DNA of 64,000 nucleotides from Chloroflexota bacterium (GCA_963663275.1 OY760183.1:648211-712210), one strand, 5' to 3'. Positions 17,522-27,288 are shown, numbered from the stretch's first letter. The notes: a model not told the origin generated them from the letters alone. Numbers and translations: made by a program.

Positions 17522-17710
17522 CTAGCGCAGGGTCTTGCGCATGGCGCGGCCCGCCGCTTTGCCCGCCACTCGGCGCGCGACGCGCTGTCCGATGCGCCCT
17601 CTGCGCACGGCGTTCACGTCGCCAAGCAGCCGCGCCAGCCAGTAGAGGAAAGACCGTATCTTCATCTGAAACCCTTGTTGCGACATACTCCCAGCGAGAA
17701 AGTGTACCAT
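17522..17710 (-). CDS. small basic hypothetical protein
   Basis: 47-62 aa and Arg/Lys-rich (LGDVNAVRRGRIGQRVARRVAGK). Likely start is ATG 17665. Weak support. Confidence 0.35.
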   Translation of the reverse strand: MVHFLAGSMSQQGFQMKIRSFLYWLARLLGDVNAVRRGRIGQRVARRVAGKAAGRAMRKTLR

Positions 17711-17808
17711 ATAAATGCCCGCACAGGAATGTCACGCGCATGGGCTAGCCAAAGCCGGCAGTCGCACGCGACGTCGCCAAGTCTCTCCGGGAACTAGGGG
17801 GTGTTGCC

Positions 17809-18144
17809 ATGATGGAGTACAAGGGCTACGTTGCCACGGTCGAATTCGATGATTCGGTGGGACTGCTTCATGGAGCGGTTGTCAACGCGGGGCCCTATCC
17901 GATTGCCACGTGCGAAGCCGCTGACGTGGAGGGGCTGGAGCGCGAGTTTCGCATCTCGGTCGATGAGTACCTGGCCTCGTGCGCGGAGGATGGAATCGAG
18001 CCGCGCAAGCCATTCTCCGGCACGCTGACCCTGCGCATGGGGACCGAACTGCATCAGCGCGTGGCGGTCACAGCGCGGCAGAGCGGGATGAGCATCGAAG
18101 AGTGGATCAAGCAGGTGCTTGCGGAGAACGTGCAGGGCGCGTGA
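17809..18144 (+). CDS. hicB: HicB family antitoxin (type II TA), no adjacent HicA
   Basis: 111 aa. YKGYVATVEFDDSVGLLHG plus a C-terminal RHH-like LTLRMGTELHQRVAVTARQSGMSIEEWI. AGGGGG lies 8 nt upstream. Confidence 0.75.
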   Translation: MMEYKGYVATVEFDDSVGLLHGAVVNAGPYPIATCEAADVEGLEREFRISVDEYLASCAEDGIEPRKPFSGTLTLRMGTELHQRVAVTARQSGMSIEEWIKQVLAENVQGA

Positions 18145-18248
18145 ATACACGGCCACGTTTATGTGTGGGGTTTGCAGCGCCGTCAGCCTCCGCCGGTTCT
18201 ACCGCAGTCTCGTCACTGTTCCCCTCACTCTTTCGTGACAGTTCATCG

Positions 18249-18524
18249 CTACCTGCCATGTGGGAGACTCCTGATCAGGTAGTTCTCAACGTCGCGCACT
18301 ATGACGGATTCTATGTAAGGCACAAGCAAGCGGGAAAGTAGCATCGCCGCTTGTTCTTCCGACAGAGTGCCATTCCGCATCAACTTGGCGACGACGCTAA
18401 CGCCATCGCTGAAGGATTCGTCGGGAGAGTCGGGAGGGAAATCGTCAGCATAGCGCGATTCCACCGGCTGCCCGGTCTTGACAGAGTCAGGGCTTTTGAT
18501 GCCCATTTCGCATCTCCCTATCAC
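18249..18524 (-). CDS. hypothetical protein
   Basis: 85-91 aa ORF in A/T-richer DNA directly downstream of rplT on the same strand. No recognisable motif. Confidence 0.35.
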   Translation of the reverse strand: MIGRCEMGIKSPDSVKTGQPVESRYADDFPPDSPDESFSDGVSVVAKLMRNGTLSEEQAAMLLSRLLVPYIESVIVRDVENYLIRSLPHGR

Positions 18525-18581
18525 GAGGTACCGCTTCGGGACACGCCCGTTTCATCCTCTCGGCACGCTGCGCGGGCCAAT

Positions 18582-18947
18582 CTAGGAAGCGGCTGGCAGA
18601 GCGCCTTTGGCCACGTTGGCCAGTTCGGCAAAGGCGGCGCTGTCTGCCACGGCCAGGTCTGCCAGCATCTTGCGGTCCAGGGTGACGTTGGCTTCGCGGA
18701 GGCCGTGCATGAAGGCGCTGTAGGAGAGGCCGTTTTGGCGGGCGGCGGCGTTGATGCGCACGATCCAGAGGCGGCGCATCTCGCGCTTGCGGGTGCGGCG
18801 GTGGCGGTAGGCGAACGCCATGCCGCGCATCACGGCCTCGTTGGCGCTCTTGAAGAGGCGGCTGCGGCCGCCCCAGTAGCCTTCCGCGCGTTTCAGGACT
18901 TTCTTGTGGCGTTTGTGGGCGGTTACGCCGCGTTTTACTCGGGGCAT
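18582..18947 (-). CDS. rplT: 50S ribosomal protein L20
   Basis: [19 protein letters not shown]...[10 protein letters not shown] is unmistakable. Confidence 0.97.
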   Translation of the reverse strand: MPRVKRGVTAHKRHKKVLKRAEGYWGGRSRLFKSANEAVMRGMAFAYRHRRTRKREMRRLWIVRINAAARQNGLSYSAFMHGLREANVTLDRKMLADLAVADSAAFAELANVAKGALPAAS

Positions 18948-19014
18948 GGTTGCTCTCTACTCTGTTGGTGATGGCTGCGGTTCGTCTGATTTTCCGGCGG
19001 ACGCTAACGTGAAC

Positions 19015-19039
19015 GGCGGGGGACAAGCCCCCGCGCTAC
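19015..19039 (-). repeat. REP-B hairpin in the rpmI-rplT spacer
   Basis: GGCGGGGGACAAGCCCCCGCGCTAC. A second copy is at 19207-19231. Confidence 0.8.
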
Positions 19040-19097
19040 AGTCAGTTCACATCTTTCAGGCTTCGTTCGGTTTGCCAGTCAAGATTGACACCGTAGC

Positions 19098-19142
19098 GCC
19101 GTTCGTCCTGAGCCTGTCGAAGGATGAACGGCGCGGGCCTTG
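19098..19142 (+). repeat. REP-F hairpin (GTTCGTCCTGAGCCTGTCGAAGGATGAACGG family)
   Basis: Stem GCCGTTCGTCC/GGATGAACGGC. Related copies near 37250-37290, 37345-37385 and 44955-45015. Confidence 0.6.
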
Positions 19143-19260
19143 TATCCCAGAAACGATCCAATCAGCCGGTTTACCGTTAATCCAAAGCTCGCGCGTTTCT
19201 CACAATGGCGGGGGACAAGCCCCCGCGCTACGGCTACTCCGGCGGCATTGAGCAAAATGC

Positions 19261-19458
19261 TTACTTTATGCCGGCGCCCGGCAAAAGGCTCTTTACGCGC
19301 TTCCGTTCGCCGTCGGGCGATTCGTAATACCGCGCCGCCATGCGCAGCGTGCGCGGTTGCTTCTTGCGGCGCAGGTGGTTCATGCTGCCTTTCGGCCGCA
19401 TCAATTTACCGGTCCCGCTCACCTTAAAGCGCTTGCGCGTGCTCTTGTGCGTCTTCAT
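19261..19458 (-). CDS. rpmI: 50S ribosomal protein L35
   Basis: MKTHKSTRKRFKVSGTGKLMR, 65 aa. The ORF track extends spuriously to 19554. Confidence 0.93.
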   Translation of the reverse strand: MKTHKSTRKRFKVSGTGKLMRPKGSMNHLRRKKQPRTLRMAARYYESPDGERKRVKSLLPGAGIK

Positions 19459-19606
19459 TTTGGGCACGAGTCTATCACCTCGCTTCACTGAGGAATCGTT
19501 TGCTATGGTATCATAGACAGGGCAATGCGCACAACCGCCTGTCGCCCCGCGCATATTCCACGCCTAACCTCGCGTACACCCGTCATGCTGATGCAGGAAG
19601 CACGCC

Positions 19607-21598
19607 ATGCCCCCGTTTCAATTGGTCACCGAGCTTGAGCCGCGCGGCGACCAGCCGGAAGCCATCGGCCAACTCGTCGACGGCTGCCAGGCCGCGTATC
19701 CGTTCCAGACCCTGCTTGGCGTCACCGGTTCCGGCAAGACCCTCACCATGGCGCGGGTCATCCAGGCGATCCAGAAGCCCGCGCTCGTCCTCGCGCCCAA
19801 TAAGACCCTGGCCGCCCAACTCTTCTCCGAGTTTCGCGACTTCTTCCCAGAAAACGCCGTCGAATACTTCGTCTCCTACTACGACTACTACCAGCCCGAG
19901 GCCTACATTCCCCGCACGGACACCTACATCGAAAAAGACTCCGACATCAACGAGGAAGTCGAAAAACTCCGGCTCTCGGCCACGCGCTCGCTGCTGGAGC
20001 GGCCGGACGTCATCATCGTCGCCAGCGTCTCCTGCATCTACGGCATGGGCTCGCCCCACGACTACGGGCAAGTGGTCGTGCCGCTGCGCGTCGGCGAGCA
20101 GTACCGCCGCCAGAACGTGTTGCGCCGCCTGAACGACATCCAGTACGAGCGCAACAACGTGGACTTCAAGCGGGGCACCTACCGCGTCAAGGGCGACGTG
20201 CTCGACATCTATCCGGCCTACGGCGACACCGCGATCCGCATCGACTTCTTTGGCGACGAGGTGGACCGCATCATCGAGATCGACCCGCTCACCGGCGAGA
20301 TACTCGACAACCGGCAAGCGATCAACATCTATCCCGCCAGCCACTTCGTGACGCCGGTGGAACGCATGGAAGCGGCCGTCAAGAGCATCGAGGCCGAACT
20401 CGACGAACACGTCGAAATCCTGCAGCGCCAGGACAAACTGCTGGAAACCCAGCGCCTGCTCCAACGCACTCGCTTCGACCTGGAGATGCTGCGCGAGACC
20501 GGCCACTGCAAGGGCATCGAGAACTACAGCCGCCACCTGGACGGCCGCAACGCCGGCGATCCCTCGTGGACGCTGCTGGACTACTTTCCCAAAGACTTTC
20601 TGATGTTCATCGACGAATCCCACGTGGCCGTGCCCCAACTGCGCGGCATGTACGCCGGCGACCGCTCCCGCAAGCAGGTGCTGGTGGACTACGGTTTTCG
20701 CCTGCCGAGCGCGCTCGACAACCGGCCGCTCATGTTCCAGGAACTCGAACAGCGGCTCAACCAGGTGATCTTCGTCTCCGCCACGCCGAGCATGTACGAG
20801 CGCGAACGGAGCAGCCAGGTGGTGGAACAGATCATCCGTCCTACCGGCCTGGTGGATCCCTCGATCGAGATTCAACCCACCACCGGGCAGATCGACCATC
20901 TTGTCGGTGAAATCCGCCGGCGGGTGGCGCAGCGCGAGCGCGTGCTGGTGACCACGCTGACCAAGCGCATGGCGGAGCAACTGGCCGAGTACCTGAACGA
21001 AATCGGCATAAAAGTCCACTACCTCCACTCGGAGATCGATACCCTGGAGCGCGTGGAGATCCTGCGCGACCTGCGCTTGGGCGTGTACGACGTGGTGGTG
21101 GGCATCAACCTGCTGCGCGAAGGCCTGGACCTGCCGGAAGTCTCGCTGGTGGCAATCCTGGACGCGGATAAAGAGGGCTACCTGCGCAGCGAGACCTCGC
21201 TGGTGCAGACCATCGGGCGGGCCGCGCGCCACATCCACGGCCACGTGGTGCTCTACGCCGATAACGTTACCGATTCCATGCGCCGCGCCATCGACGAGAC
21301 CTACCGCCGCCGCGATAAGCAAGTGGCCTTCAACGATCAACACGGCATCCAACCGGAGAGCGTGCACAAGGCGATACGCGACATTACCGATACCATCCGC
21401 GCCGTGGCGGAAGAGGAATCAAGCTACCAGACGGAGCACAAGCCGCTCTCGGCCAAAGAGGCAACCAAACTCATCAAGGAACTGGAAAAGCAGATGCGCA
21501 AGGCGGCGAGAGAACTGGACTTCGAACGCGCCGCACTGCTGCGCGACCAAATCCGCGACATCCGCGCCGGCCAAGAGGAAGTGATGATCGCCGAGTAG
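19607..21598 (+). CDS. uvrB: excinuclease ABC subunit B
   Basis: 663 aa. Walker [22 protein letters not shown], helicase motifs and the C-terminal UVR domain LRDQIRDI. Confidence 0.97.
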   Translation: MPPFQLVTELEPRGDQPEAIGQLVDGCQAAYPFQTLLGVTGSGKTLTMARVIQAIQKPALVLAPNKTLAAQLFSEFRDFFPENAVEYFVSYYDYYQPEAYIPRTDTYIEKDSDINEEVEKLRLSATRSLLERPDVIIVASVSCIYGMGSPHDYGQVVVPLRVGEQYRRQNVLRRLNDIQYERNNVDFKRGTYRVKGDVLDIYPAYGDTAIRIDFFGDEVDRIIEIDPLTGEILDNRQAINIYPASHFVTPVERMEAAVKSIEAELDEHVEILQRQDKLLETQRLLQRTRFDLEMLRETGHCKGIENYSRHLDGRNAGDPSWTLLDYFPKDFLMFIDESHVAVPQLRGMYAGDRSRKQVLVDYGFRLPSALDNRPLMFQELEQRLNQVIFVSATPSMYERERSSQVVEQIIRPTGLVDPSIEIQPTTGQIDHLVGEIRRRVAQRERVLVTTLTKRMAEQLAEYLNEIGIKVHYLHSEIDTLERVEILRDLRLGVYDVVVGINLLREGLDLPEVSLVAILDADKEGYLRSETSLVQTIGRAARHIHGHVVLYADNVTDSMRRAIDETYRRRDKQVAFNDQHGIQPESVHKAIRDITDTIRAVAEEESSYQTEHKPLSAKEATKLIKELEKQMRKAARELDFERAALLRDQIRDIRAGQEEVMIAE

Positions 21599-21686
21599 GA
21601 CGACACGGCCGTGTTCCCTTTCCCTCGGGAGGCCGCGTTCCCTCTCCCTGGGAGACCTTTGCAAAATCTCGCTGAGAGGCGAACAG

Positions 21687-21816
21687 TTCCCTCTCCTGGG
21701 GGAGAGGGTTAGGGTGAGGGGAGACTGTGCGGCAAGTCGTGCCTGAATCTTGCGGAATGGGGGCCGAACCGACGAGGATTCCCCCTCACCCCGGCCCTCT
21801 CCCCAGGGAGAGGGAG
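21687..21816 (+). mobile_element. MITE-3 (about 130 bp; inverted REP-E units as termini)
   Basis: Homologous along its length to 35831-35959. Confidence 0.6.
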
Positions 21817-21967
21817 TTTCAATACGCGCCGACCGGGGTTACGCAAAGGTCTCCCTCGGGAGAGAGCAGGAGCATCCTTTCGAAAGAGCGATAATGTCCC
21901 CTCTCCCTGGGGAGAGGGTTAGGGTGAGGGGAAATTCAGCGCCGAGGCACACAAGAGGGCAAGTAGC

Positions 21968-23095
21968 ATGAGCAAGAAGATATTCGACGCGGAGGACATA
22001 GCCGCGGTGACGCGGGTGTTGGAGTCCGGTGTGCTCAGCGCCGGGCCGGAGGCGGCGGCGTTGGAGGAAGAGTTCGCGGCGGCGCTGGGGGCGGAGCACG
22101 CTATCGCCTGCAACGCGGCCATGGGTGGGCTGCACGCGGCGCTGTGGGCGGTGGGGGTTGGCGCGGGTGACGAGGTGGTGTGCGACCCGTTGGTGCTCTT
22201 TGGCGGCCTGGCGGTACTCTACACCGGGGCTTTGCCGGTATTCGCGGACGTGGACGCGCACACGCACAACATGGACCCCGCCTCGCTCGCCGAGCGCATC
22301 ACGCCGCGCACGAAAGCCATCATCGTCACCCATCACTGGGGCGAACCGGCGGACATGGCGGGCATTCTGGCGGTGGCGGACGCGCACAAGCTGCCCGTGA
22401 TCGAGGATTGCGCCCACGTCCTCTTTGGCCAGTGGCAGGGCCGCAACGCGGGCACGCTGGGGTCAGTGGGCGTCTTCAGCTTTCAATCGTCGAAGCACCT
22501 GAGCACCGGCGACGGCGGTATCGCGGTCACGAACGATCCGTATCTGGCCGACCAAGTGCGCGCCATCGTTACGTTCGGCGCTGCGCCGGTGCGGCTGGCG
22601 CACAACTTCCGCATGACCGAAATGACCGCCGCCGTGGCGCGCACGCAGTTGCGCCGCGCCCCCGGCTACGTGGCGGAAGACCGCGCCAGCGCGCAACGCT
22701 ACGCGCGGGCCGCGGAAGGCTGCGCGTGGCTCAAGCCCCAGGAAGCGAGCGCGGAGAGCGTCCACTCCTACCATCTTTGGGTAGCGGCCTTCGCGCCGCA
22801 GGACAACGGCCCGGCCCAGGAGGACTTCCAAGCGGCGTGCGTCGCAGAGGAAGCGAACTTCAGCTTCGGCTACGTCGGCGTGCCGGCCTACCTGCACCCG
22901 GTCTTCAGCTTGGGCGGGTCGTATGGCGTAAGCCGCGCGCCGCAGACGCAGCCGCTCCCCTATAGGCGGGGTTGGTGTCCGGTGGCGGAATCCCTGATGC
23001 CGCGCCTCATGATCACCGGCATCAGCGCCCGCGACGACGACTTCCACCGCCGCAACGCCGCCGCGCTCCACCGGGCTATTCAACGCCTCTCTTGA
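21968..23095 (+). CDS. DegT/DnrJ/EryC1/StrS family PLP aminotransferase
   Basis: 375 aa. N-terminus EDIAAVTRVLESGVLS and the Lys motif SFQSSKHLSTGDGG. Confidence 0.85.
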   Translation: MSKKIFDAEDIAAVTRVLESGVLSAGPEAAALEEEFAAALGAEHAIACNAAMGGLHAALWAVGVGAGDEVVCDPLVLFGGLAVLYTGALPVFADVDAHTHNMDPASLAERITPRTKAIIVTHHWGEPADMAGILAVADAHKLPVIEDCAHVLFGQWQGRNAGTLGSVGVFSFQSSKHLSTGDGGIAVTNDPYLADQVRAIVTFGAAPVRLAHNFRMTEMTAAVARTQLRRAPGYVAEDRASAQRYARAAEGCAWLKPQEASAESVHSYHLWVAAFAPQDNGPAQEDFQAACVAEEANFSFGYVGVPAYLHPVFSLGGSYGVSRAPQTQPLPYRRGWCPVAESLMPRLMITGISARDDDFHRRNAAALHRAIQRLS

Positions 23096-23327
23096 ACGGA
23101 CACCGCGGCTTAGGGCCCAGGGGTTGCGGCAGCGCCGGCAAAGCGCGGGAGGATTGCTTCTCGATAGCGCGCCCGCAGCGCGTCGGCACGCCTTCCCGGA
23201 TATACTAGAGGGTAGAGTCTTCGCATGGCGCGCGGGGCGCTGTCCCGTCTTGCGCGGGGCGGCGGCGCAGAGAGCGGTCCCGGCGCGCGCCGTGTGCTTC
23301 ATACACAGCAGAAAGGCAAGGCGCGAA

Positions 23328-23672
23328 ATGTCCGTTTTCATGACCCAGTTTTCCTACACCGTTGAAACCTGGAAGCAACTGGCCGACCATCCGGAAGACC
23401 GGCGGAACGCCATCGAGCCGGTGCTGGCGAGCGTCGGCGGGCGGCTGATTGGGGTGTGGTACGCCTTTGGCGAATACGACGGCGTTGTGATCTTCGAAGC
23501 GCCCGATAGCGCGTCCGCCGCGGCCGCGGTCATTGCCGCCATTGGACCGGGGCACGTCAAGTCGGTCAAGACCACGCCGCTGCTCACCACGGCGGAGATG
23601 CAGGCCGCGCTGGGCAAGACCACGTCGATAGCCGAGAGTTCAGGATACGACCGGCCGGGCGGGTCGGCGTAG
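23328..23672 (+). CDS. GYD domain-containing protein
   Basis: 114 aa with YAFGEYDGVVIFEAPD. ATG 23328 follows GAAAGG. The ORF track opens at 23124. Confidence 0.7.
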   Translation: MSVFMTQFSYTVETWKQLADHPEDRRNAIEPVLASVGGRLIGVWYAFGEYDGVVIFEAPDSASAAAAVIAAIGPGHVKSVKTTPLLTTAEMQAALGKTTSIAESSGYDRPGGSA

Positions 23673-23736
23673 CCGCCGGACGACCGGACGTTACGGCATT
23701 CGAGCGAGGCGGTAAAGGAGCAAAAGAGGAATAGGC

Positions 23737-24903
23737 ATGTTGGACATTCCGCGCATCCGAGAGGACTTTCCGGCGCTGCAGCACGGCATCTATCTCCACA
23801 CGGCCGGCATCGGGATGAACGCCCGGCCGGTGCTGGATGAAGTGACGGGCCGCTGGCAGTTCTTCTTTCAGAACGGCCCGTGGCTGCAGAGCCGCCGCGA
23901 CGAGCGCTTTCTGCACAAGCAACGCACGCGCGAGGCCTTGGCGCGCTTCTTCAACGTGCCCGCCGCTACGATTACGATGATGAACAACGTCTCCAACACC
24001 ATCAGCATGGTGGTTTCCGGCCTGCCGCTGGCCCCGGGCGACGAGATCATCACCAGCAATGAGGAGGACGACGCGCTCTGGCTGCCGCTCTACAACATCG
24101 CGCGCAAACGCTACGGCGCGGTGGTCCGCCACATGCCGGTGGCTGCGACGCCGGCGGAGAATCTGGCCAATTTCACGGCGCTGCTCTCGCCCCGCACCAA
24201 GCTGGTCGCCCTGAGCCACGTGACGCAGGATCGGGGCACGGAACTGCCGGTGGCGGAGATGACCCGCCTGGCCCGCGAACAGGGCGCGTTCGTCTACCTG
24301 GACGGCGGCCAAGCCGTGGGCCAACTCGCGGTGGACGTCAGCGCCATCGACCCGGACTTCTACGCCGTGCTGGGCTACAAGTGGATGCTGGGCCCCTACG
24401 GCAGCGGCTGCTTCTACGTGGCCGAACGGATGCGCGACGTGCTGGAAATGTCGTGGACCGGCAGCCACGTGGCGCGGCATATCGACTTCGATACCGGCGC
24501 GATCGACTGGGAGGACTATCCCCGGCGGCTGGAATGGGGCTCGGTGAACTTTCCCACTATGGCGGGCCTGGGCGCGGCCGTGGAGTATCTGGAAGGGCAC
24601 GGCATCGCGGCCATCGAGGAGCGCGGCAAACGCCTCTCACGGTGGCTGCGCGCCGAATTGCTGAAGCAACCGAAGGTAGTCTGCTACGAGCCGGAACACC
24701 CGCAGGCCCATACGTCGATCGTGGCCTACGGCGTGAAAGGCGTAACGGGCGCCGACCTGGCCGCCTACCTGCACGAGAACGAGGTCTGGTGCCGCGCGCT
24801 GATGCACGACGGCATGGAGGGCGTGCGCCTCTGCACGGCCTTCATCAATAGCGAGGAAGAGATAGAGCGCGCGATTGAGATCATGGCCGCCATGCCGCGC
24901 TGA
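23737..24903 (+). CDS. class V-fold PLP aminotransferase (cysteine desulfurase/epimerase-like)
   Basis: 388 aa with LSHVTQDRGTELP and LGYKWMLGPYGSG (PLP-Lys region). Confidence 0.8.
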   Translation: MLDIPRIREDFPALQHGIYLHTAGIGMNARPVLDEVTGRWQFFFQNGPWLQSRRDERFLHKQRTREALARFFNVPAATITMMNNVSNTISMVVSGLPLAPGDEIITSNEEDDALWLPLYNIARKRYGAVVRHMPVAATPAENLANFTALLSPRTKLVALSHVTQDRGTELPVAEMTRLAREQGAFVYLDGGQAVGQLAVDVSAIDPDFYAVLGYKWMLGPYGSGCFYVAERMRDVLEMSWTGSHVARHIDFDTGAIDWEDYPRRLEWGSVNFPTMAGLGAAVEYLEGHGIAAIEERGKRLSRWLRAELLKQPKVVCYEPEHPQAHTSIVAYGVKGVTGADLAAYLHENEVWCRALMHDGMEGVRLCTAFINSEEEIERAIEIMAAMPR

Positions 24904-24915
24904 GGGCGGCGGAGA

Positions 24916-24953
24916 TTCCCTCTCCCTGGGGAGAGGGTTAGGGTGAGGGGAGA
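24916..24953 (+). repeat. REP-E element
   Basis: TTCCCTCTCCCTGGGGAGAGGGTTAGGGTGAGGGGAGA. Confidence 0.8.
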
Positions 24954-25017
24954 ATCCTGCCGTCGCGCCTATTGGTGGAAGCGAGGCGATTGCATTGATC
25001 GTCTCACGTCACTCTGG

Positions 25018-25041
25018 GCGCAGGTTACAAACCTGCGCTAC
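25018..25041 (-). repeat. REP-D hairpin
   Basis: GCGCAGGTTACAAACCTGCGCTAC. Confidence 0.75.
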
Positions 25042-25077
25042 CGGAAAAAGGTGTCGTCTGAGAGCGCCTTGATCGCT

Positions 25078-25305
25078 GTAGCGCGGGGGCTTGTCCCCCG
25101 CCGGATTGTCCGCTCTTTACGCCAAGAAGCGGGGGACAAGCCCCCGCGCTACGGTAGTACGACAGCGTTGGGGGCAAATTCCCGTGCTACGTTAGTATGA
25201 CAACGTTGAGGACAAGCTCCCGCGCTACGGTAGTACGACAGCGTTGGGGGCAAATTCCCGCGCTACGTTAATGCGACAGCGTTGAGGACAAGCCCCCACG
25301 CTACG
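25078..25305. repeat. REP-B pair followed by about 4 progressively degenerate REP-B-like units
   Basis: Intact copies at 25078-25102 (+) and 25129-25152 (-). Then TTGGGGGCAAATTCCCGTGCTAC / TTGAGGACAAGCTCCCGCGCTAC-type units at roughly 40-45 bp spacing. Confidence 0.7.
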
Positions 25306-25330
25306 TTCCGACTTGGACGTCATTGCGCGT

Positions 25331-25358
25331 GTAGGGGCGGTTCGCGAACCGCCCCTAC
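25331..25358. repeat. REP-C, 28-bp palindrome GTAGGGGCGGTTCGCGAACCGCCCCTAC
   Basis: Perfect palindrome. Its CTAC end supplies the TAG stop of the minus-strand gene. Second copy at 27289-27316. Confidence 0.85.
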
Positions 25359-26683
25359 GTTTCATGCGGCCAGATGCGCACCGTGCCGTAGCGCCCATCG
25401 AACCCCGGTTCCACCACAATGTCGCCGCCGCGCATACGCCCGACGCCATCGGCAATGCGTTCGCCGGCCGCTTCCGCGATCGCGGTCAAAGGCGTTTCCA
25501 GCAGCACGTCGAGTTCCGCGCCGAGGGTGTCGGTCAGGCTCGTGTAGGCGCGGGCGACGGTCTTGGTGCGCTCGCCCACGCCGAGGGCTTCGGCCAGGAT
25601 CTGCGCCAGCGGGACCACGCGCTTGAAGGGTGGGCGTCCATCCGTCCCATGCAGAAAACCTTGCTCATTAGCTATCACAAAAGATTCCGGACGGGTGGCT
25701 AGCGCCTCCACGCGCTCCAACACACCCACCGTGAGCGCGCGGCCGCAGACGGGGCACGTCGTACCGCGCGCTTGCGTCTCCGCCGGCAGGTAGCGCACGT
25801 TGCAGGCGCGGTGCCCGGTGGCGTGGTACTTGCCCTCCTCCGGATAGTATTCCAGCGTGTAGGCGATGCGTTCCGCTCTGAGGGCCGCGGTAAGCCCGTC
25901 GAACGTCAGCGGCCCCTGGAAGGCGGTCACCTCGCGCCCCAGATTCCGCAGCGAATGCGCGTCTGAGAACGAGACGATGCTGCGCCCGTCGGCGTCCGGC
26001 ACGCGCCAATTCATCGCCGGATCGCTGGATAAGCCCGTTTCCAGAGCGGGAATCGCTGGTGCCAGGCCGCCAAAGCACTCTTCCAGCGAATCGAAACCGG
26101 ACTTGGAGCCAAAGAGCGCGTACCACGGCGTCCAGGCGTGGGCCGGAATGATGAGGCTGCGCGGGTCTATCTCGAGAATCGCGGCCGCTAGTTCCCGCGC
26201 GTGCAGGGCGATGAGCGGACGCCCGTCCCCGGCCAGCTTTGCGCCGGCGCGCTCCAGGAAGCGGCAGAGCTTTTCGACCGCCGCGAAACCCGGCACGTAC
26301 ACCAGCAGATGCATGCGGCGGCCTCTACCCGCGTGCTTGAAGACGCAGGAAAGTTCCGTGCCCAGGATGAAGCGGACGCCCCCGTAGCTGAAGAGGTCGC
26401 CCGCGGCGGGTTGCAGCGTCTCTCGCAGGTGGGCGCGCCAGGCCGGATGGGTGAAGTCGGCGGCGGCCAGCAGTTGGATGCCTTTTCGCCGCGCCCACTG
26501 CGCCAGCGCGGGAACGGTGATGTCGTTCGCCGTGCCCTGGGCATACGACGAGTGCAGGTGCAGGTCGGCCCGGTAGCTTGCCGGCTGGGATTCAGCGTTG
26601 CGCGTGTCTGCGGCGGTGTCCGGCGCGTACTGCGCAAACCGGGAGTCTTGGCGCAATGGTGTCGGCGGCGCGTCACGCGCCAT
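25355..26683 (-). CDS. PHP-domain protein, endonuclease Q-like (TIGR00375-type)
   Basis: 442 aa. PHP motif DLHLHSSYAQGT, later IIPAHAWTPW, and a Zn-ribbon-like H..C...CPVCGR. Confidence 0.55.
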   Translation of the reverse strand: MARDAPPTPLRQDSRFAQYAPDTAADTRNAESQPASYRADLHLHSSYAQGTANDITVPALAQWARRKGIQLLAAADFTHPAWRAHLRETLQPAAGDLFSYGGVRFILGTELSCVFKHAGRGRRMHLLVYVPGFAAVEKLCRFLERAGAKLAGDGRPLIALHARELAAAILEIDPRSLIIPAHAWTPWYALFGSKSGFDSLEECFGGLAPAIPALETGLSSDPAMNWRVPDADGRSIVSFSDAHSLRNLGREVTAFQGPLTFDGLTAALRAERIAYTLEYYPEEGKYHATGHRACNVRYLPAETQARGTTCPVCGRALTVGVLERVEALATRPESFVIANEQGFLHGTDGRPPFKRVVPLAQILAEALGVGERTKTVARAYTSLTDTLGAELDVLLETPLTAIAEAAGERIADGVGRMRGGDIVVEPGFDGRYGTVRIWPHET

Positions 26684-26718
26684 AGTATCCTGACTCGCTC
26701 GTCATGGGTTGTTTGGCG

Positions 26719-27207
26719 TTACTGTTGGCTTTCCTGCGCGGCTAGCTCGGCGCGAATGAACAGGTAGGCTTGCAGACAGGCCAGTTCGGGCGTTTCCGCC
26801 ACCACGTCCGCGATGCGGCGGCTCACCTCGTCGAAGCAGATGCAGGCAAAGTCGCCCTGATAGCAATCCAGGACGGTGTGCGGCGAGACCGCGTTCAGCA
26901 ACGCCAGGAGTTGGTCGAGACGCGGCAGCCAGCAGACGGTACGCGCGGTAGTGAGGGCGTCAGCGTTTGCCGCCTGGGCCTCATCGAGAAGACGCGGGGC
27001 GTCGTCCTGCAACGTCCAATCGCCGGCGGCCGGCTGCCAGTGCGCGGCCAACTCTCTGCGCGCCGCGCGGCAGCGTTGCACGTAGGCCGGTGGAAATGGT
27101 TGGAGATTGTGCGGTTCGGCTTCGGGCGTCACGACACTGCGCCGCTCCACGCGCGGTAAATGCGGAGTATTGGACTGCTGCCGAGGCGGCGCTACCCAGT
27201 GTATCAT
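26719..27207 (-). CDS. hypothetical protein
   Basis: 162-aa ORF 35 nt upstream of the PHP gene on the same strand. No SD at ATG 27207 and no recognisable motif. Confidence 0.4.
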   Translation of the reverse strand: MIHWVAPPRQQSNTPHLPRVERRSVVTPEAEPHNLQPFPPAYVQRCRAARRELAAHWQPAAGDWTLQDDAPRLLDEAQAANADALTTARTVCWLPRLDQLLALLNAVSPHTVLDCYQGDFACICFDEVSRRIADVVAETPELACLQAYLFIRAELAAQESQQ

Positions 27208-27288
27208 GGAGAGGACGGACGATGACGGGCCGGCTGCGGTCTGATTTCATGATAGTCACGGCGCAGGCCGCAAACCGGGACCGCGGCG

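Noticed and set aside
16975-17748. 257-aa Gly/Ala-rich plus-strand ORF
   Set aside because: It is antisense to the PT-rich linker of the Excalibur-domain protein. It is low-complexity and has no motif.
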